Source: Candidatus Enterousia sp. (GTDB lineage: Bacteria > Pseudomonadota > Alphaproteobacteria > Rs-D84). Taken from it: a stretch of DNA of 64,000 nucleotides. The notes under the pieces are model-generated. The model was not told where the DNA came from. It did no database searches and worked only from the letters and a program-made list of their open reading frames with translations. Shown here in pieces: positions 29,166 through 38,869 of this stretch. The stretch is taken from contig JAZLBQ010000007.1 of NCBI GenBank assembly GCA_045613785.1, positions 78,547 to 142,546 of the forward strand, given 5' to 3'. How positions within the stretch are numbered: the stretch's first letter is position 1; each line of letters opens with the position of its first letter. A program made the position numbers and the translations under genes.

Positions 29166-30355
29166 TGTCAGGTATAAAAATGACCGATGTCGGTGAATTT
29201 GATGCTTTAAAGCCTGTTGTTGACCGTTTGCACGAATTGGCCAGGCGGGTTGGTGCCCCTGATGTCTATGCCGAAATCCCGGAAACTTTTTATGGCAGCC
29301 TGGACGAATTGGTTAACGATGGATATCTGGTCGCCCCACGGCAGGACGACAAGGGAAATTTTGTCCCGACAACGACAGGTCAGGTCTTGCGTAATCGTGA
29401 TGGTGACGTTGTGTTTTTGTATATCCCAGATTCATCAAATGTTCCCCGTGATGAAAAAAAACGTAATCGTATTCATATGTATTGGTGCGGTCATTTGACC
29501 CGGGGCCTGAATGAAAAACGTCAGGATCGTTATTGTGGCACGGTTGATGTTTCCGACAGTGGATATTTCTGCATGGAAAACGATGCAGTTGTTCGCATGT
29601 TGCCGTGTAAAAATTGCTATGATTATGCACATCGCTATCGTGATTGCGACTATGGCACGATTGACAAGTTCAAATACAAAAAATTTGCCACCGAAAACAG
29701 TTTAGATGCAAAACGCAAGGCCATTAAATCAACTGTTGGCAATGGTGTTGACGCAACACCAATTTATGGGTGTGCAAATTGTGATTTTACAACCACTGAC
29801 CCTGATGAACTGGACCCAAAATATCTGTTATGCCCGACCTGTTTTGCGATGGAGCAAATATTTTTACCGCTTCGCAGTGCCAGAACACTGGACGACTTGC
29901 GTGATTGGTTTACAAACACAGGAACCAAGGATTTACGTTATGGCAATGGTCAGACCCCACTAATGTATCTGGTTCGTCATAATTCACGCCCAAAACTTAT
30001 CAAGGCAATGGTTGAAACATATGGCTGTGATGTAAACGCCACTGACAACGATAACAAAAGTGTTCTGATGCACTTTGTAGAAAGCAATAACCTTCGTCCA
30101 TATTCTGACTTGTCTGATGAACTTGATACTTTGCGTTCATTAGGGGCAAATGTAAAGCATGAACACCGTGTTCCTGACAAGATGCTGGGGCATGCAAACA
30201 AAATGGCTGTTGGATATGCCGGGGAAAATACAGAATTACGTCGTGCACTGCTGGCATGGGCTGGACGCTATGGTATGTCCAAGGCTGATAACAGAAGAAG
30301 GGTTTCTTACAGTGTTGACCGTTCTGGATTTCGCTCACGTGATGACGATGATTGA
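29165..30355 (+). CDS. ZorE-like protein with degenerate HNH zinc finger and C-terminal ankyrin repeats
   Basis: VFLYIPD, RIHMYWC, DRY, PCKNC match the ZorE-type N-domain; CANC-16 aa-CPTCF lacks the catalytic His; GQTPLMY...GCDVNATDNDNKSVLM...GANV are ankyrin motifs. Confidence 0.7.
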   Translation: MSGIKMTDVGEFDALKPVVDRLHELARRVGAPDVYAEIPETFYGSLDELVNDGYLVAPRQDDKGNFVPTTTGQVLRNRDGDVVFLYIPDSSNVPRDEKKRNRIHMYWCGHLTRGLNEKRQDRYCGTVDVSDSGYFCMENDAVVRMLPCKNCYDYAHRYRDCDYGTIDKFKYKKFATENSLDAKRKAIKSTVGNGVDATPIYGCANCDFTTTDPDELDPKYLLCPTCFAMEQIFLPLRSARTLDDLRDWFTNTGTKDLRYGNGQTPLMYLVRHNSRPKLIKAMVETYGCDVNATDNDNKSVLMHFVESNNLRPYSDLSDELDTLRSLGANVKHEHRVPDKMLGHANKMAVGYAGENTELRRALLAWAGRYGMSKADNRRRVSYSVDRSGFRSRDDDD

Positions 30356-30424
30356 CAATAACGCTATACATTAGTCGGCAGTCTATGCTATGATTTTTTT
30401 GTCGGATTTCAATAGGGGATTTCA

Positions 30425-31453
30425 ATGGCACAACGCAAGGCAAAGAAAATTCGTGATGACAACAAAAAATTCGGTAAATTACTGGATTTGATTCAGGCAC
30501 TCAGCAGTTATTCCAACGGCATGACCTATGACCAGATTATGGAATTGATGGAATACAGTGATGTTCGCCAGGCAAATCGTGATATCGGATTTATCAAGAC
30601 TCGTTTTGCCGACACCTTTGCCGAAGAACGTGATCGTGAAAACTATCGGTTAAAGCGTTTCCGGTTGTATAATCCTGACGGCCTGCCACTGGAAAATTTA
30701 ACGGACGAAGAACTGGTGGCTCTGGCGGCGGCAATACAATCGATAAACAATCAGGATATCAGGATTCCACTGGAAAAATTACAGTATAAAATAAATCAGT
30801 TCTTGGTTGCGAACAAGCGTCGCAAAATAGCCCGCTATATGGATTTGGACAGCATTGTTTTATCACGTGCTGCATCGCATATTCCTCATCCGCATATAAA
30901 AACAGATGAAAATATAATTCATCAAATCGACAATGCAGTTTTGTCATTTACCAAGGTTTTGATAACATATACCTATGATGACGGCGGCACTCGGCAATAC
31001 AAGGTTCGCCCACTAGGATTCTTATACGGAAAAAATAATAATTACCTGGTTGCATACCGTGATGATGACCCAAAACTTGTCCGATCGTATGTTCTGGGGA
31101 ATATCAGCCAGGTTATCCCCACTGACGAGTCTTTTGATGCAGGCGATTTTGATATTGAATCTTATGCAAAAAAGTCTTTTGGGATATATCACTCGCCAAA
31201 TGGACCATTTGATATAGAATGGCGTGCATCGCCAGATGTTGCCAACGCAGTTATGCGATATACATTTCATCCTGAACAAACTTTGACCAAGAATCCAGAC
31301 GGCTCGGTCAGTATTCGTTTTCGTGCAGATGGTTTTATGGAAATGGCACTGTATCTGTTCCAGTGGCGTGGCAAAATCGTCCCGGTTGCCCCAACTGAAT
31401 TGGTCGAAGAGTATCGTAAACTATTGACCACCGCTTTGGAATCAATATCATAA
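30425..31453 (+). CDS. WYL-domain transcriptional regulator (wHTH-WYL-WCX)
   Basis: N-terminal HTH (RQANRDIGFIK); ITY...VRPLGFLY...YLVAY...RSYVLGNI; SFGIY; FHPEQ. Confidence 0.88.
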   Translation: MAQRKAKKIRDDNKKFGKLLDLIQALSSYSNGMTYDQIMELMEYSDVRQANRDIGFIKTRFADTFAEERDRENYRLKRFRLYNPDGLPLENLTDEELVALAAAIQSINNQDIRIPLEKLQYKINQFLVANKRRKIARYMDLDSIVLSRAASHIPHPHIKTDENIIHQIDNAVLSFTKVLITYTYDDGGTRQYKVRPLGFLYGKNNNYLVAYRDDDPKLVRSYVLGNISQVIPTDESFDAGDFDIESYAKKSFGIYHSPNGPFDIEWRASPDVANAVMRYTFHPEQTLTKNPDGSVSIRFRADGFMEMALYLFQWRGKIVPVAPTELVEEYRKLLTTALESIS

Positions 31454-31523
31454 TATTATTCTCAAACGTCCAATTTTGTCCGACGATATTGTTATATTAG
31501 TCTTGTAAACAACGGGAACAGAT

Positions 31524-32081
31524 ATGAACAAATCGAAATTATTTACATTGTTTGTCATTTTTATCGGTGTGATGTTGGGGTATTTTATGACCGCACGTCC
31601 TACATGTCCAGATGTTCAGGAATGTGACGATTTCGCCTATGATGGTGATTTTGTTGCTCAGTATTATCTGGAAAACAAGGATAAATATTGTTATTCGTAT
31701 TGGGTCCCACACGGTGGTTTATGGCAAGAAATATGTTTTGACACCGCTGCCCAGTGTCAGGCAGAACTGGCTGCCGATTGGCACAAGACGAACACAGAAA
31801 CATGCTATATCCCGTCCATTGTGCCAGCCTGGTGTGTTGGTGATATCCAAACAGGCGAATATCGCACAGACGACGTTGTCGGCGAAGAATATCAGCTTTT
31901 GGCGACAATTTGTGTTCAGGATAAAAACACCTGTGAACAAATGCGTCGCTATCAATTGCCATACAGCAAATTTGAGTGTGTTGGCAGAATGGTATTCCAG
32001 CATGAAAGCGAAACATCATATCTGACCCCTGATTACGAACTGGAATCAATAATAAAAAATAACGAAAACAGCCCAAGGTAA
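31524..32081 (+). CDS. Cys-rich exported or membrane-anchored hypothetical protein
   Basis: N-terminal TM/signal sequence; about 10 Cys. Confidence 0.65.
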   Translation: MNKSKLFTLFVIFIGVMLGYFMTARPTCPDVQECDDFAYDGDFVAQYYLENKDKYCYSYWVPHGGLWQEICFDTAAQCQAELAADWHKTNTETCYIPSIVPAWCVGDIQTGEYRTDDVVGEEYQLLATICVQDKNTCEQMRRYQLPYSKFECVGRMVFQHESETSYLTPDYELESIIKNNENSPR

Positions 32082-32086
32082 AAAAT

Positions 32087-33298
32087 ATGCACGAAATCAA
32101 ATGTCCAAATTGTGGAAAAACATTCAGCACAGACGAAGCCGCCTATGCTGCGATTTTGAAACAAGTTCACAACAGTGAATTTGACAAAGCACTGGCCGAA
32201 CGCATTGACCAGTTTAACCGTGAAAAGCAGGACGCACTGACTCTGGCTGCTGCCCAGGCAGAACAGGCCAAAACCACAGCCCTGGCACAACAACAAAAAC
32301 AGATTTCTGAATTGAACATCAAGGTTCTAGAATTGGAAAAAGGCAAAGATCTGGCGGTTGCTCAGGCGATTGCAAAAATACAGTCAGACCTAGCTGACAA
32401 GGATAAAAAGATTGTCGAATTAAATGGTCTGATTGAAAGCACAAAACACAAAGGTGCTCTGGACGTTCAGTCGCTTAAAAATGAATACGAGGCAAAACTG
32501 CGTATCAAGGACGAAGAAATTGCTCTTCACAAAGATATGAAGACCAGAATGTCAACCAAGATGGTTGGCGAAACCTTGGAACAGCATTGCAGTATTGAAT
32601 TTGAACGCCTGCGTGCCACTGCGTTCCAGCACGCAGAATTTGGCAAAGATAACGATGCAGCATCTGGCAGCAAGGGCGACTTTATCTTCCGTGATTTTGA
32701 TGCCGATGGTAATGAATACATTTCAATTATGTTCGAAATGAAAAATGAATCTGATGCGACCACATCAAAACATAAAAACGAACACTTTTTCAAGGAATTA
32801 GACAAAGACCGCAACGAAAAGAAGTGTGAATATGCTGTTCTGGTATCACTTTTGGAACAAGACAACGAACTTTATAACAGTGGTATCGTCGATGTTTCGC
32901 ATAAATACGACAAAATGTATGTAATTCGCCCACAGTGCTTTATTCCAATGATAACACTGTTACGTAATGCCGCACAGAAATCAATCGATTACAAGCGTGA
33001 AATAACACGTCTAGAACGTGCCAGCATTGATGTGTCGAATTTTGAAAATGCAATGAACGCCTTCAAAGACGGTTTTTCAAGAAATTGCAAAGATGCTGGC
33101 GACCGCTATGAAGAAGCGATAAAAAACATAGACGACATCATCAAAAAATTGGAAAAGACCAAAGATGCCTTGCGTTTATGGAACAAACATCTGGGAACAG
33201 CCGCAAATAAATTGGAAGATTTAACGATAAAAAAACTAACACGTGACAATCCGACAATGGCTGCTAAATTTGCTGCTGCCGCCACATCAGACGACTAA
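32087..33298 (+). CDS. DUF2130 family protein (copy 1)
   Basis: IKCPNCG, coiled coil, [36 protein letters not shown]. Confidence 0.9.
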   Translation: MHEIKCPNCGKTFSTDEAAYAAILKQVHNSEFDKALAERIDQFNREKQDALTLAAAQAEQAKTTALAQQQKQISELNIKVLELEKGKDLAVAQAIAKIQSDLADKDKKIVELNGLIESTKHKGALDVQSLKNEYEAKLRIKDEEIALHKDMKTRMSTKMVGETLEQHCSIEFERLRATAFQHAEFGKDNDAASGSKGDFIFRDFDADGNEYISIMFEMKNESDATTSKHKNEHFFKELDKDRNEKKCEYAVLVSLLEQDNELYNSGIVDVSHKYDKMYVIRPQCFIPMITLLRNAAQKSIDYKREITRLERASIDVSNFENAMNAFKDGFSRNCKDAGDRYEEAIKNIDDIIKKLEKTKDALRLWNKHLGTAANKLEDLTIKKLTRDNPTMAAKFAAAATSDD

Positions 33299-33395
33299 AG
33301 GCAGGGGGCAGGCATAAAAACATAACAACACGATTGACATTTTGTCTTTTGGTTGCATAATATTCCTTGTATCTAGAATATCAGGGGAATATCTA

Positions 33396-34193
33396 ATGAA
33401 CGAAACGCCACGTGTATCTGTTTTAATGCCTGCATACAATGCACAGAATTTTATTGGCCAGGCAATTGAATCTATATTGACCCAAACGTTTCGTAATTTT
33501 GAATTTATTATCATCAATGATGGGTCAACCGATAAAACCCCTGAAATAATTCAGTTTTATGCCGACAGGGATAAACGAATTAGGTTTATAAATAATCCGG
33601 AAAATCAGGGGCTAATTGCGGTCTTGAATCAGGGACTTGATATTTGCCGTGGGGAATATATTGCCCGTATGGACAGTGATGATATTTCTTTGCCTGGTCG
33701 TCTAGAAGCCCAGGTGAAATACATGGACTTTCATCCTGCGTGCGGTGTTCTTGGAACTTCCCAGGTTTTGTTTGGTGATATAAATCAACCTGTGTTTTAT
33801 CAACCTGTTGTTCACATCCTGGACATAATGACTTATAACCCTGTTTCTCATCCAACAGTGATGTTTCGTAAATCTGTTATCGACGAACACAACATCCGTT
33901 ATAACCCAGATTACAAACATTGCGAAGACCTAGAGCTCTGGACCCGAATGATTCATATAACCCAGATTCATAATTTGCAAACTATCTTTTTATATAATCG
34001 CATAACCGCAGGCAATGTTACTACTACACACTGGGAGCATCAGCAGAAATTGACCCAGAAAATACGTCAACAGGTCAAAGATTACATTTTGGGAAATCCA
34101 GAAGTTATAAGCCAGATTTTATCATCTTTACAAACTGAAAAACCACGTATTATGGTCGTAAGTTTAGATGTTGTCGCTTTGAATAAAAAATAG
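33396..34193 (+). CDS. Family 2 glycosyltransferase
   Basis: VSVLMPAYNA, INDGSTD, ARMDSDD, HPTVMFRK, EDLELW; overlaps the mcrC 3' end by 30 bp. Confidence 0.9.
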   Translation: MNETPRVSVLMPAYNAQNFIGQAIESILTQTFRNFEFIIINDGSTDKTPEIIQFYADRDKRIRFINNPENQGLIAVLNQGLDICRGEYIARMDSDDISLPGRLEAQVKYMDFHPACGVLGTSQVLFGDINQPVFYQPVVHILDIMTYNPVSHPTVMFRKSVIDEHNIRYNPDYKHCEDLELWTRMIHITQIHNLQTIFLYNRITAGNVTTTHWEHQQKLTQKIRQQVKDYILGNPEVISQILSSLQTEKPRIMVVSLDVVALNKK

Positions 34194-35459
34194 TTCACGC
34201 AAATCCGATATAATATTATTTTGATTTTCCTGTTTGGTTAAATCTTTGTTCAAATCAAATGTTGCTGTTCTGATAAGTGGGGACTCTGCATCGTTATCCA
34301 TATTCAGATAATATTTATTTGCAATAGTGTTTTCTTCATCTGCTCGTGGATATAGTAATATTGCATTTTCAGACTGATGAATTTTGCAGTATGTTACAAC
34401 CTGAAAAACGTCGGCTGTATCAAATCTAGATTTTGTTTTATACTTTGTATCCAACACTATTCCTGATGGAATCTCTTTGGTTTTTACAAACATATCAACG
34501 TATGTATTTCCATATTTGCGATCGTTTTCGATACAGCGTAATAAACGTCGTCCTCGTTGATACTCAATGGAATCGATTCCAATTTTATCCTTGTTTCTTT
34601 TTATAAATTCGAACACAAATTCTTCGAACAATATGTTCATATCCCACAACAGTGCGATATTTTCAATATTATTCTTGGACATATCCACAGACATTTGTCC
34701 GATAAACATTTTTGCCAACATCAATGGCACTTCAAAGCACTTTTGACTTCTGTTCAGCTGTATTTTTTCAACGTCAGAATATTTCAAATGTTTAAAAGAA
34801 ATATCGGCATAGTTATTTACAATAAATCCTAAAATTTTCTTTGTTTTTGGATTTTTTGTAATGCTGCCCAGACATCTTGAAACGAATAAAAAAGTCTGAT
34901 TTAATAAATTATCTTCGCTAAATTCGTCGAAGTTGCAGTAGAATTTGGCCTGGTTTGCACAGTTTTGTTTAATATGCTCCGTTAAATTTAATTTGCCACG
35001 CACGCACGCAATGTTTTCGGCTTGTCTAACATAGTTCTTTGGAACTGAATATTTCAACGAATTAAACAATGATTGTGCATAAAACAGCATCAGTGTTTCA
35101 ATAAAATCAGCCTGCATTTGCCCCATCAGTGCAGAATCCATGCTGTTGACATTTAACTGCCGTGTCCAGCCCAACATAAAGATAAGATTTTTCAGTATTT
35201 GATCTCGATTGCTAGTGTCCTTGGCCAGCAGTTTAGGCAAGATTTCAATTTGTATATTTTTATACTTCAAAACCCCAACAAAATTTGTTGCCCTTATGCC
35301 ATTTTGTTCAAGTTTGATAGCATCCTGTAATTTTTGCTTTGCCAAGAAACGTTCCAGACCGTCAGCGAATGCCGGTTTTTGCAAAGATTCTGCAATAATG
35401 TCCGGCATATCATCAAACTTGACATAGTCATATTCAAAGACGTTCAGACTTTGTCCCAT
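34164..35459 (-). CDS. mcrC: McrC-family restriction nuclease subunit
   Basis: FVGV..IEILPK, EDNLLNQ, DMNILFEEFV, VLDTKYK, DVFQV.TY, LLYP. Confidence 0.9.
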   Translation of the reverse strand: MGQSLNVFEYDYVKFDDMPDIIAESLQKPAFADGLERFLAKQKLQDAIKLEQNGIRATNFVGVLKYKNIQIEILPKLLAKDTSNRDQILKNLIFMLGWTRQLNVNSMDSALMGQMQADFIETLMLFYAQSLFNSLKYSVPKNYVRQAENIACVRGKLNLTEHIKQNCANQAKFYCNFDEFSEDNLLNQTFLFVSRCLGSITKNPKTKKILGFIVNNYADISFKHLKYSDVEKIQLNRSQKCFEVPLMLAKMFIGQMSVDMSKNNIENIALLWDMNILFEEFVFEFIKRNKDKIGIDSIEYQRGRRLLRCIENDRKYGNTYVDMFVKTKEIPSGIVLDTKYKTKSRFDTADVFQVVTYCKIHQSENAILLYPRADEENTIANKYYLNMDNDAESPLIRTATFDLNKDLTKQENQNNIISDLRELFFIQSDNI

Positions 35460-35462
35460 AAG

Positions 35463-37766
35463 TTATTCCGCCTGTTCAGTTTGTTCTGCCAACTTGTTGA
35501 TTGCTTCAACAAAACGATTGTTGTCAAAATTTTCAATTTTTTCGAACTGCCAAAATTCATCTTCTGAAATCAGATTTTTAACAGACTTGTCAGCGATATT
35601 GCGTTTGATCACAAAATCATTTCCCAACACAATTTTCAACTTGTCCCAATCGCCCCAGAAATATTCCTTCATCAGTGGCATAATTTCATTGAACCAAACA
35701 TCTTTTAGCATTTGGACAGATTTACATTTTTTAAAGAAACTATGTCCAATCAAGTGGTCTTCGTCCAACAGAGCGTTTATTTTGTTGTTTAGTTCTTCAA
35801 AGACCGCCCGAACTTTGATTCCATCAATTTCTTGGTCAATCAGATTTGCATCTGGCAACACAGGTATAAACTTAAAGCGTCTTCGCAGTGCAATATCAAT
35901 TGCCGCAATAGAACGGTCAGCGGTATTCATTGTTCCGATAATATACAGGTTTTGTGGCACACCAAAAGACTCCTGACTGTATGGCAACGTAATAGTTAGC
36001 TCTTCTTCTGCCCCGATGCGTTTGGTGCTTTCTATCAGTGTAATCAATTCTCCGAAAATCTTGGAAATATTTCCACGATTGATTTCATCAATCACCAAAA
36101 CGTAATTTTTGTTCTGTGGTGCATCACCCGTGATTAAACTGTTCAAGACCTTTATATCGATGTCCTTTTTGTCTAATTCGTAAACAGACTGCATACTGAA
36201 CTTTTTACCCTTAACAATAGCACTAACGGGTATGGTTTCATGTGAAATCCAGTTTACATTTCTAAAATGTTTATATTCGATATCCGCTTCTGGATTGAAA
36301 ACATAGTCGCCCGTTATTTCTGCGATTGCAGCAATTTCACTTTTCCCGTTTGCGATTAAAACAATGTCGCCTGGTTTCATTTCACAACGCAGGAAATTCA
36401 TCGCTGTTCTTGCAAAATTATCCAGTTTATTATCCTTGACCAGTTTTTCCACATCACGACGATTTTTCGCATTTGAAAAATCAATATCTCCGCCATAGTT
36501 GTTCGCAATCACACTATTTTCCATACAGAATTCAAATACGTCATTCTCTATTCCTGACCCCAAAGACATTTTGAATATGCGTGCATTTGCAGGGATTTCT
36601 TTTTTGCTGTATTTCTGATGGTCTGCCTTTGCATTTGCACGTTCTGCAATTTTTTTGAATATTCCGTCAACACGTCTGTATCCAAGGCTGGTTTCGTTGT
36701 CCAGAACAGGGCGAATTCCTTCCACAAAGTCTTCGTATGACATAGATTGGTGGAACGTTACAAATTCAACACGACCTTGCTTTTTCAAATCATTGAATTT
36801 TCCGTGCAGTTCATTATATCTTTCTTTTGAGATATTAAAGCCATAATCCCCACCATCATTTTCCAGGATTTCCATCGCCTTGATAATGGTAGAATATGTT
36901 TTTCCTGTTCCTGGTGCTCCATATAAAATTTGATTTAATGGTATTTGTGATGAATTTGTTTCTGGCATTTTGTTCCCCCGTGTTTTTTTATTGCCAATCG
37001 TGGTCATGGAATTCTCTTTGTCTGGTAATCCAATATCATCTCCAACAATCGTTTCAAATATGCCCAACGGCACCTTACATTCCCGTGCAAATACGGCGAC
37101 CTCGCCAACTGTTGCATAGATGTCATCGTGCCAGGTCAGCCCCAGCATATCGCATGCACGTTTGAAATAATCCTTCGCATACCATGACGACATTTTTTTG
37201 ATGTGAACAATACGTAAATATTTTCTAATCCATATTTGTTCATAAAATTTTTCGGGCAATCCCAGTTTGTTACACTTATTCTGAAAAGTCGTCCCCAGTT
37301 TTTTGTATTCTTCAACCGTTTTTAGTTCGTTGCGTTCGATTTCATCTGATGCAAAAACCAGAAAATCACGAATTTTTTCAGCGATTTTTCTTGCCTTGTT
37401 TATATCTATTGTGTCGCTTGCAAGTTTTTTTGCATCGGTTGGATTTTTTTTCCAATAATACCATTGGTTATTGTCTTTTGATATCAGGTATCCCAATTTT
37501 GCTTTTGGATAGCCCTGTATGTTGCCAAAAAAACGTGTCAAATTATCATCATATTCCAAGCGATGCATCATATCGTCCATGTTTCCATTTTGAAAACAAA
37601 GTCTGTTCAGCAAATCGGCTGGTTTCATATTTTTTAATTTGTCTGGGCCAAAATCTTTCAAGAATTCTGCACGATATTTTTTTATGCTCTTACTAGCGTC
37701 GTCATATTTTGCACGATTTGTTTTATACAGCTGAATTATTTGATTTTTGACTTCCAGATTGGCCAT
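35463..37766 (-). CDS. mcrB: McrB-family AAA+ GTPase with extra N-terminal and inserted specificity domains
   Basis: ILYGAPGTGKT, VTFHQSMSYEDFVEG, IDEINRGN, TMNTADRS, LRRRF, IGHSFF. Confidence 0.93.
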   Translation of the reverse strand: MANLEVKNQIIQLYKTNRAKYDDASKSIKKYRAEFLKDFGPDKLKNMKPADLLNRLCFQNGNMDDMMHRLEYDDNLTRFFGNIQGYPKAKLGYLISKDNNQWYYWKKNPTDAKKLASDTIDINKARKIAEKIRDFLVFASDEIERNELKTVEEYKKLGTTFQNKCNKLGLPEKFYEQIWIRKYLRIVHIKKMSSWYAKDYFKRACDMLGLTWHDDIYATVGEVAVFARECKVPLGIFETIVGDDIGLPDKENSMTTIGNKKTRGNKMPETNSSQIPLNQILYGAPGTGKTYSTIIKAMEILENDGGDYGFNISKERYNELHGKFNDLKKQGRVEFVTFHQSMSYEDFVEGIRPVLDNETSLGYRRVDGIFKKIAERANAKADHQKYSKKEIPANARIFKMSLGSGIENDVFEFCMENSVIANNYGGDIDFSNAKNRRDVEKLVKDNKLDNFARTAMNFLRCEMKPGDIVLIANGKSEIAAIAEITGDYVFNPEADIEYKHFRNVNWISHETIPVSAIVKGKKFSMQSVYELDKKDIDIKVLNSLITGDAPQNKNYVLVIDEINRGNISKIFGELITLIESTKRIGAEEELTITLPYSQESFGVPQNLYIIGTMNTADRSIAAIDIALRRRFKFIPVLPDANLIDQEIDGIKVRAVFEELNNKINALLDEDHLIGHSFFKKCKSVQMLKDVWFNEIMPLMKEYFWGDWDKLKIVLGNDFVIKRNIADKSVKNLISEDEFWQFEKIENFDNNRFVEAINKLAEQTEQAE

Positions 37767-37859
37767 ATTCCCACCTTTGTAAACGCATTTCAGTCTGGAT
37801 TATAGTCATATTAAAATATTATCACAAGTAAATAAAAACACCTGTCGCCCATGGGGTTG

Positions 37860-38864
37860 CTATCGCACTTGTTGATATTGCATTGCAATCAGGTCTTTTA
37901 CCTTTTTGATAACATCCTTCATACCGTCTGTGTTTTCGATGTATGGTATAACCAGGGCGTCCTTGATTAACGGACTTGGTGGCAACCAGGACGGAACACA
38001 ATTTCCATATCCATGGTGATCGTCCGAATAACTATAAAAAAGAAATTTTTCACGAATATTCCATTTATTTCGTTCCCACTCTGAAAAAACCAATCGTCGC
38101 AACATTGACGGATGTGCCAAACAGAACAACAATTTTTCTGGATAAATTATATCGGTTGTATCCTTGATTTTTATATATGTTTCATAGAAATCATAATCAT
38201 CTTCTGCCTGCATGCTGAACTTGTTCGTAGCAAATGCGATTGTAATTTCTGTTTGGATATTTGCCATTTCCAACGCATCAATAATTTGATATACGGTGTA
38301 TCCTCGTTTCAATACATCTGCCACAGGCACCTCGCGATGAAATGTTCCGACAATTATGACTTTTTGAATCCGTGCGGGCAGGGCGTGTGCCACCGAGGTG
38401 TTGATACGTCGCATACAGTCAGGCACCCCCGATAAATATCGACCAATGTTCACAGAACTGCCTGCAATATCATACTTTGATTGCATTTCATAGTGCTGTT
38501 GTAATTCTTCTTTCGATGGTAAATCAAGGATATGCATTTCTTTTAATTGTTTTAGACCCTCAAACCACCCAGATTTCGCCAGATTTAGTGCCTCGTCAAA
38601 CGACCAGGTTAGCGTCATGTTGTGCCGTCTTGTTGATTGTGCCTGTGAAGACCTTCGGTTTTCATGTCCTTTCCAATCTATGTATTCCAAGAACTGTTCC
38701 CAGTCAAAAAATTTCTGTAATCGTGGATAATCATATTTTTCAGTTTTTACAACACGTGGTTCTTTTTTCGCAACTTTGTCGCCAGTGTTGCCTGAACCAG
38801 ACCGTGGGATATAAAAGTCCCCCGCCGCCTCCATTGAACCAATATGTTCGGTAATCCACGCCAT
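37860..38864 (-). CDS. vWA-like partner of a MoxR/CbbQ-type ATPase
   Basis: YDIAGSSVNIGRYLSGVPDCM, IDALE, AHPSMLRRL resemble phage AAA-associated vWA-like proteins; 5 bp from the AAA gene. Confidence 0.55.
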   Translation of the reverse strand: MAWITEHIGSMEAAGDFYIPRSGSGNTGDKVAKKEPRVVKTEKYDYPRLQKFFDWEQFLEYIDWKGHENRRSSQAQSTRRHNMTLTWSFDEALNLAKSGWFEGLKQLKEMHILDLPSKEELQQHYEMQSKYDIAGSSVNIGRYLSGVPDCMRRINTSVAHALPARIQKVIIVGTFHREVPVADVLKRGYTVYQIIDALEMANIQTEITIAFATNKFSMQAEDDYDFYETYIKIKDTTDIIYPEKLLFCLAHPSMLRRLVFSEWERNKWNIREKFLFYSYSDDHHGYGNCVPSWLPPSPLIKDALVIPYIENTDGMKDVIKKVKDLIAMQYQQVR

Positions 38865-38869
38865 AATTA

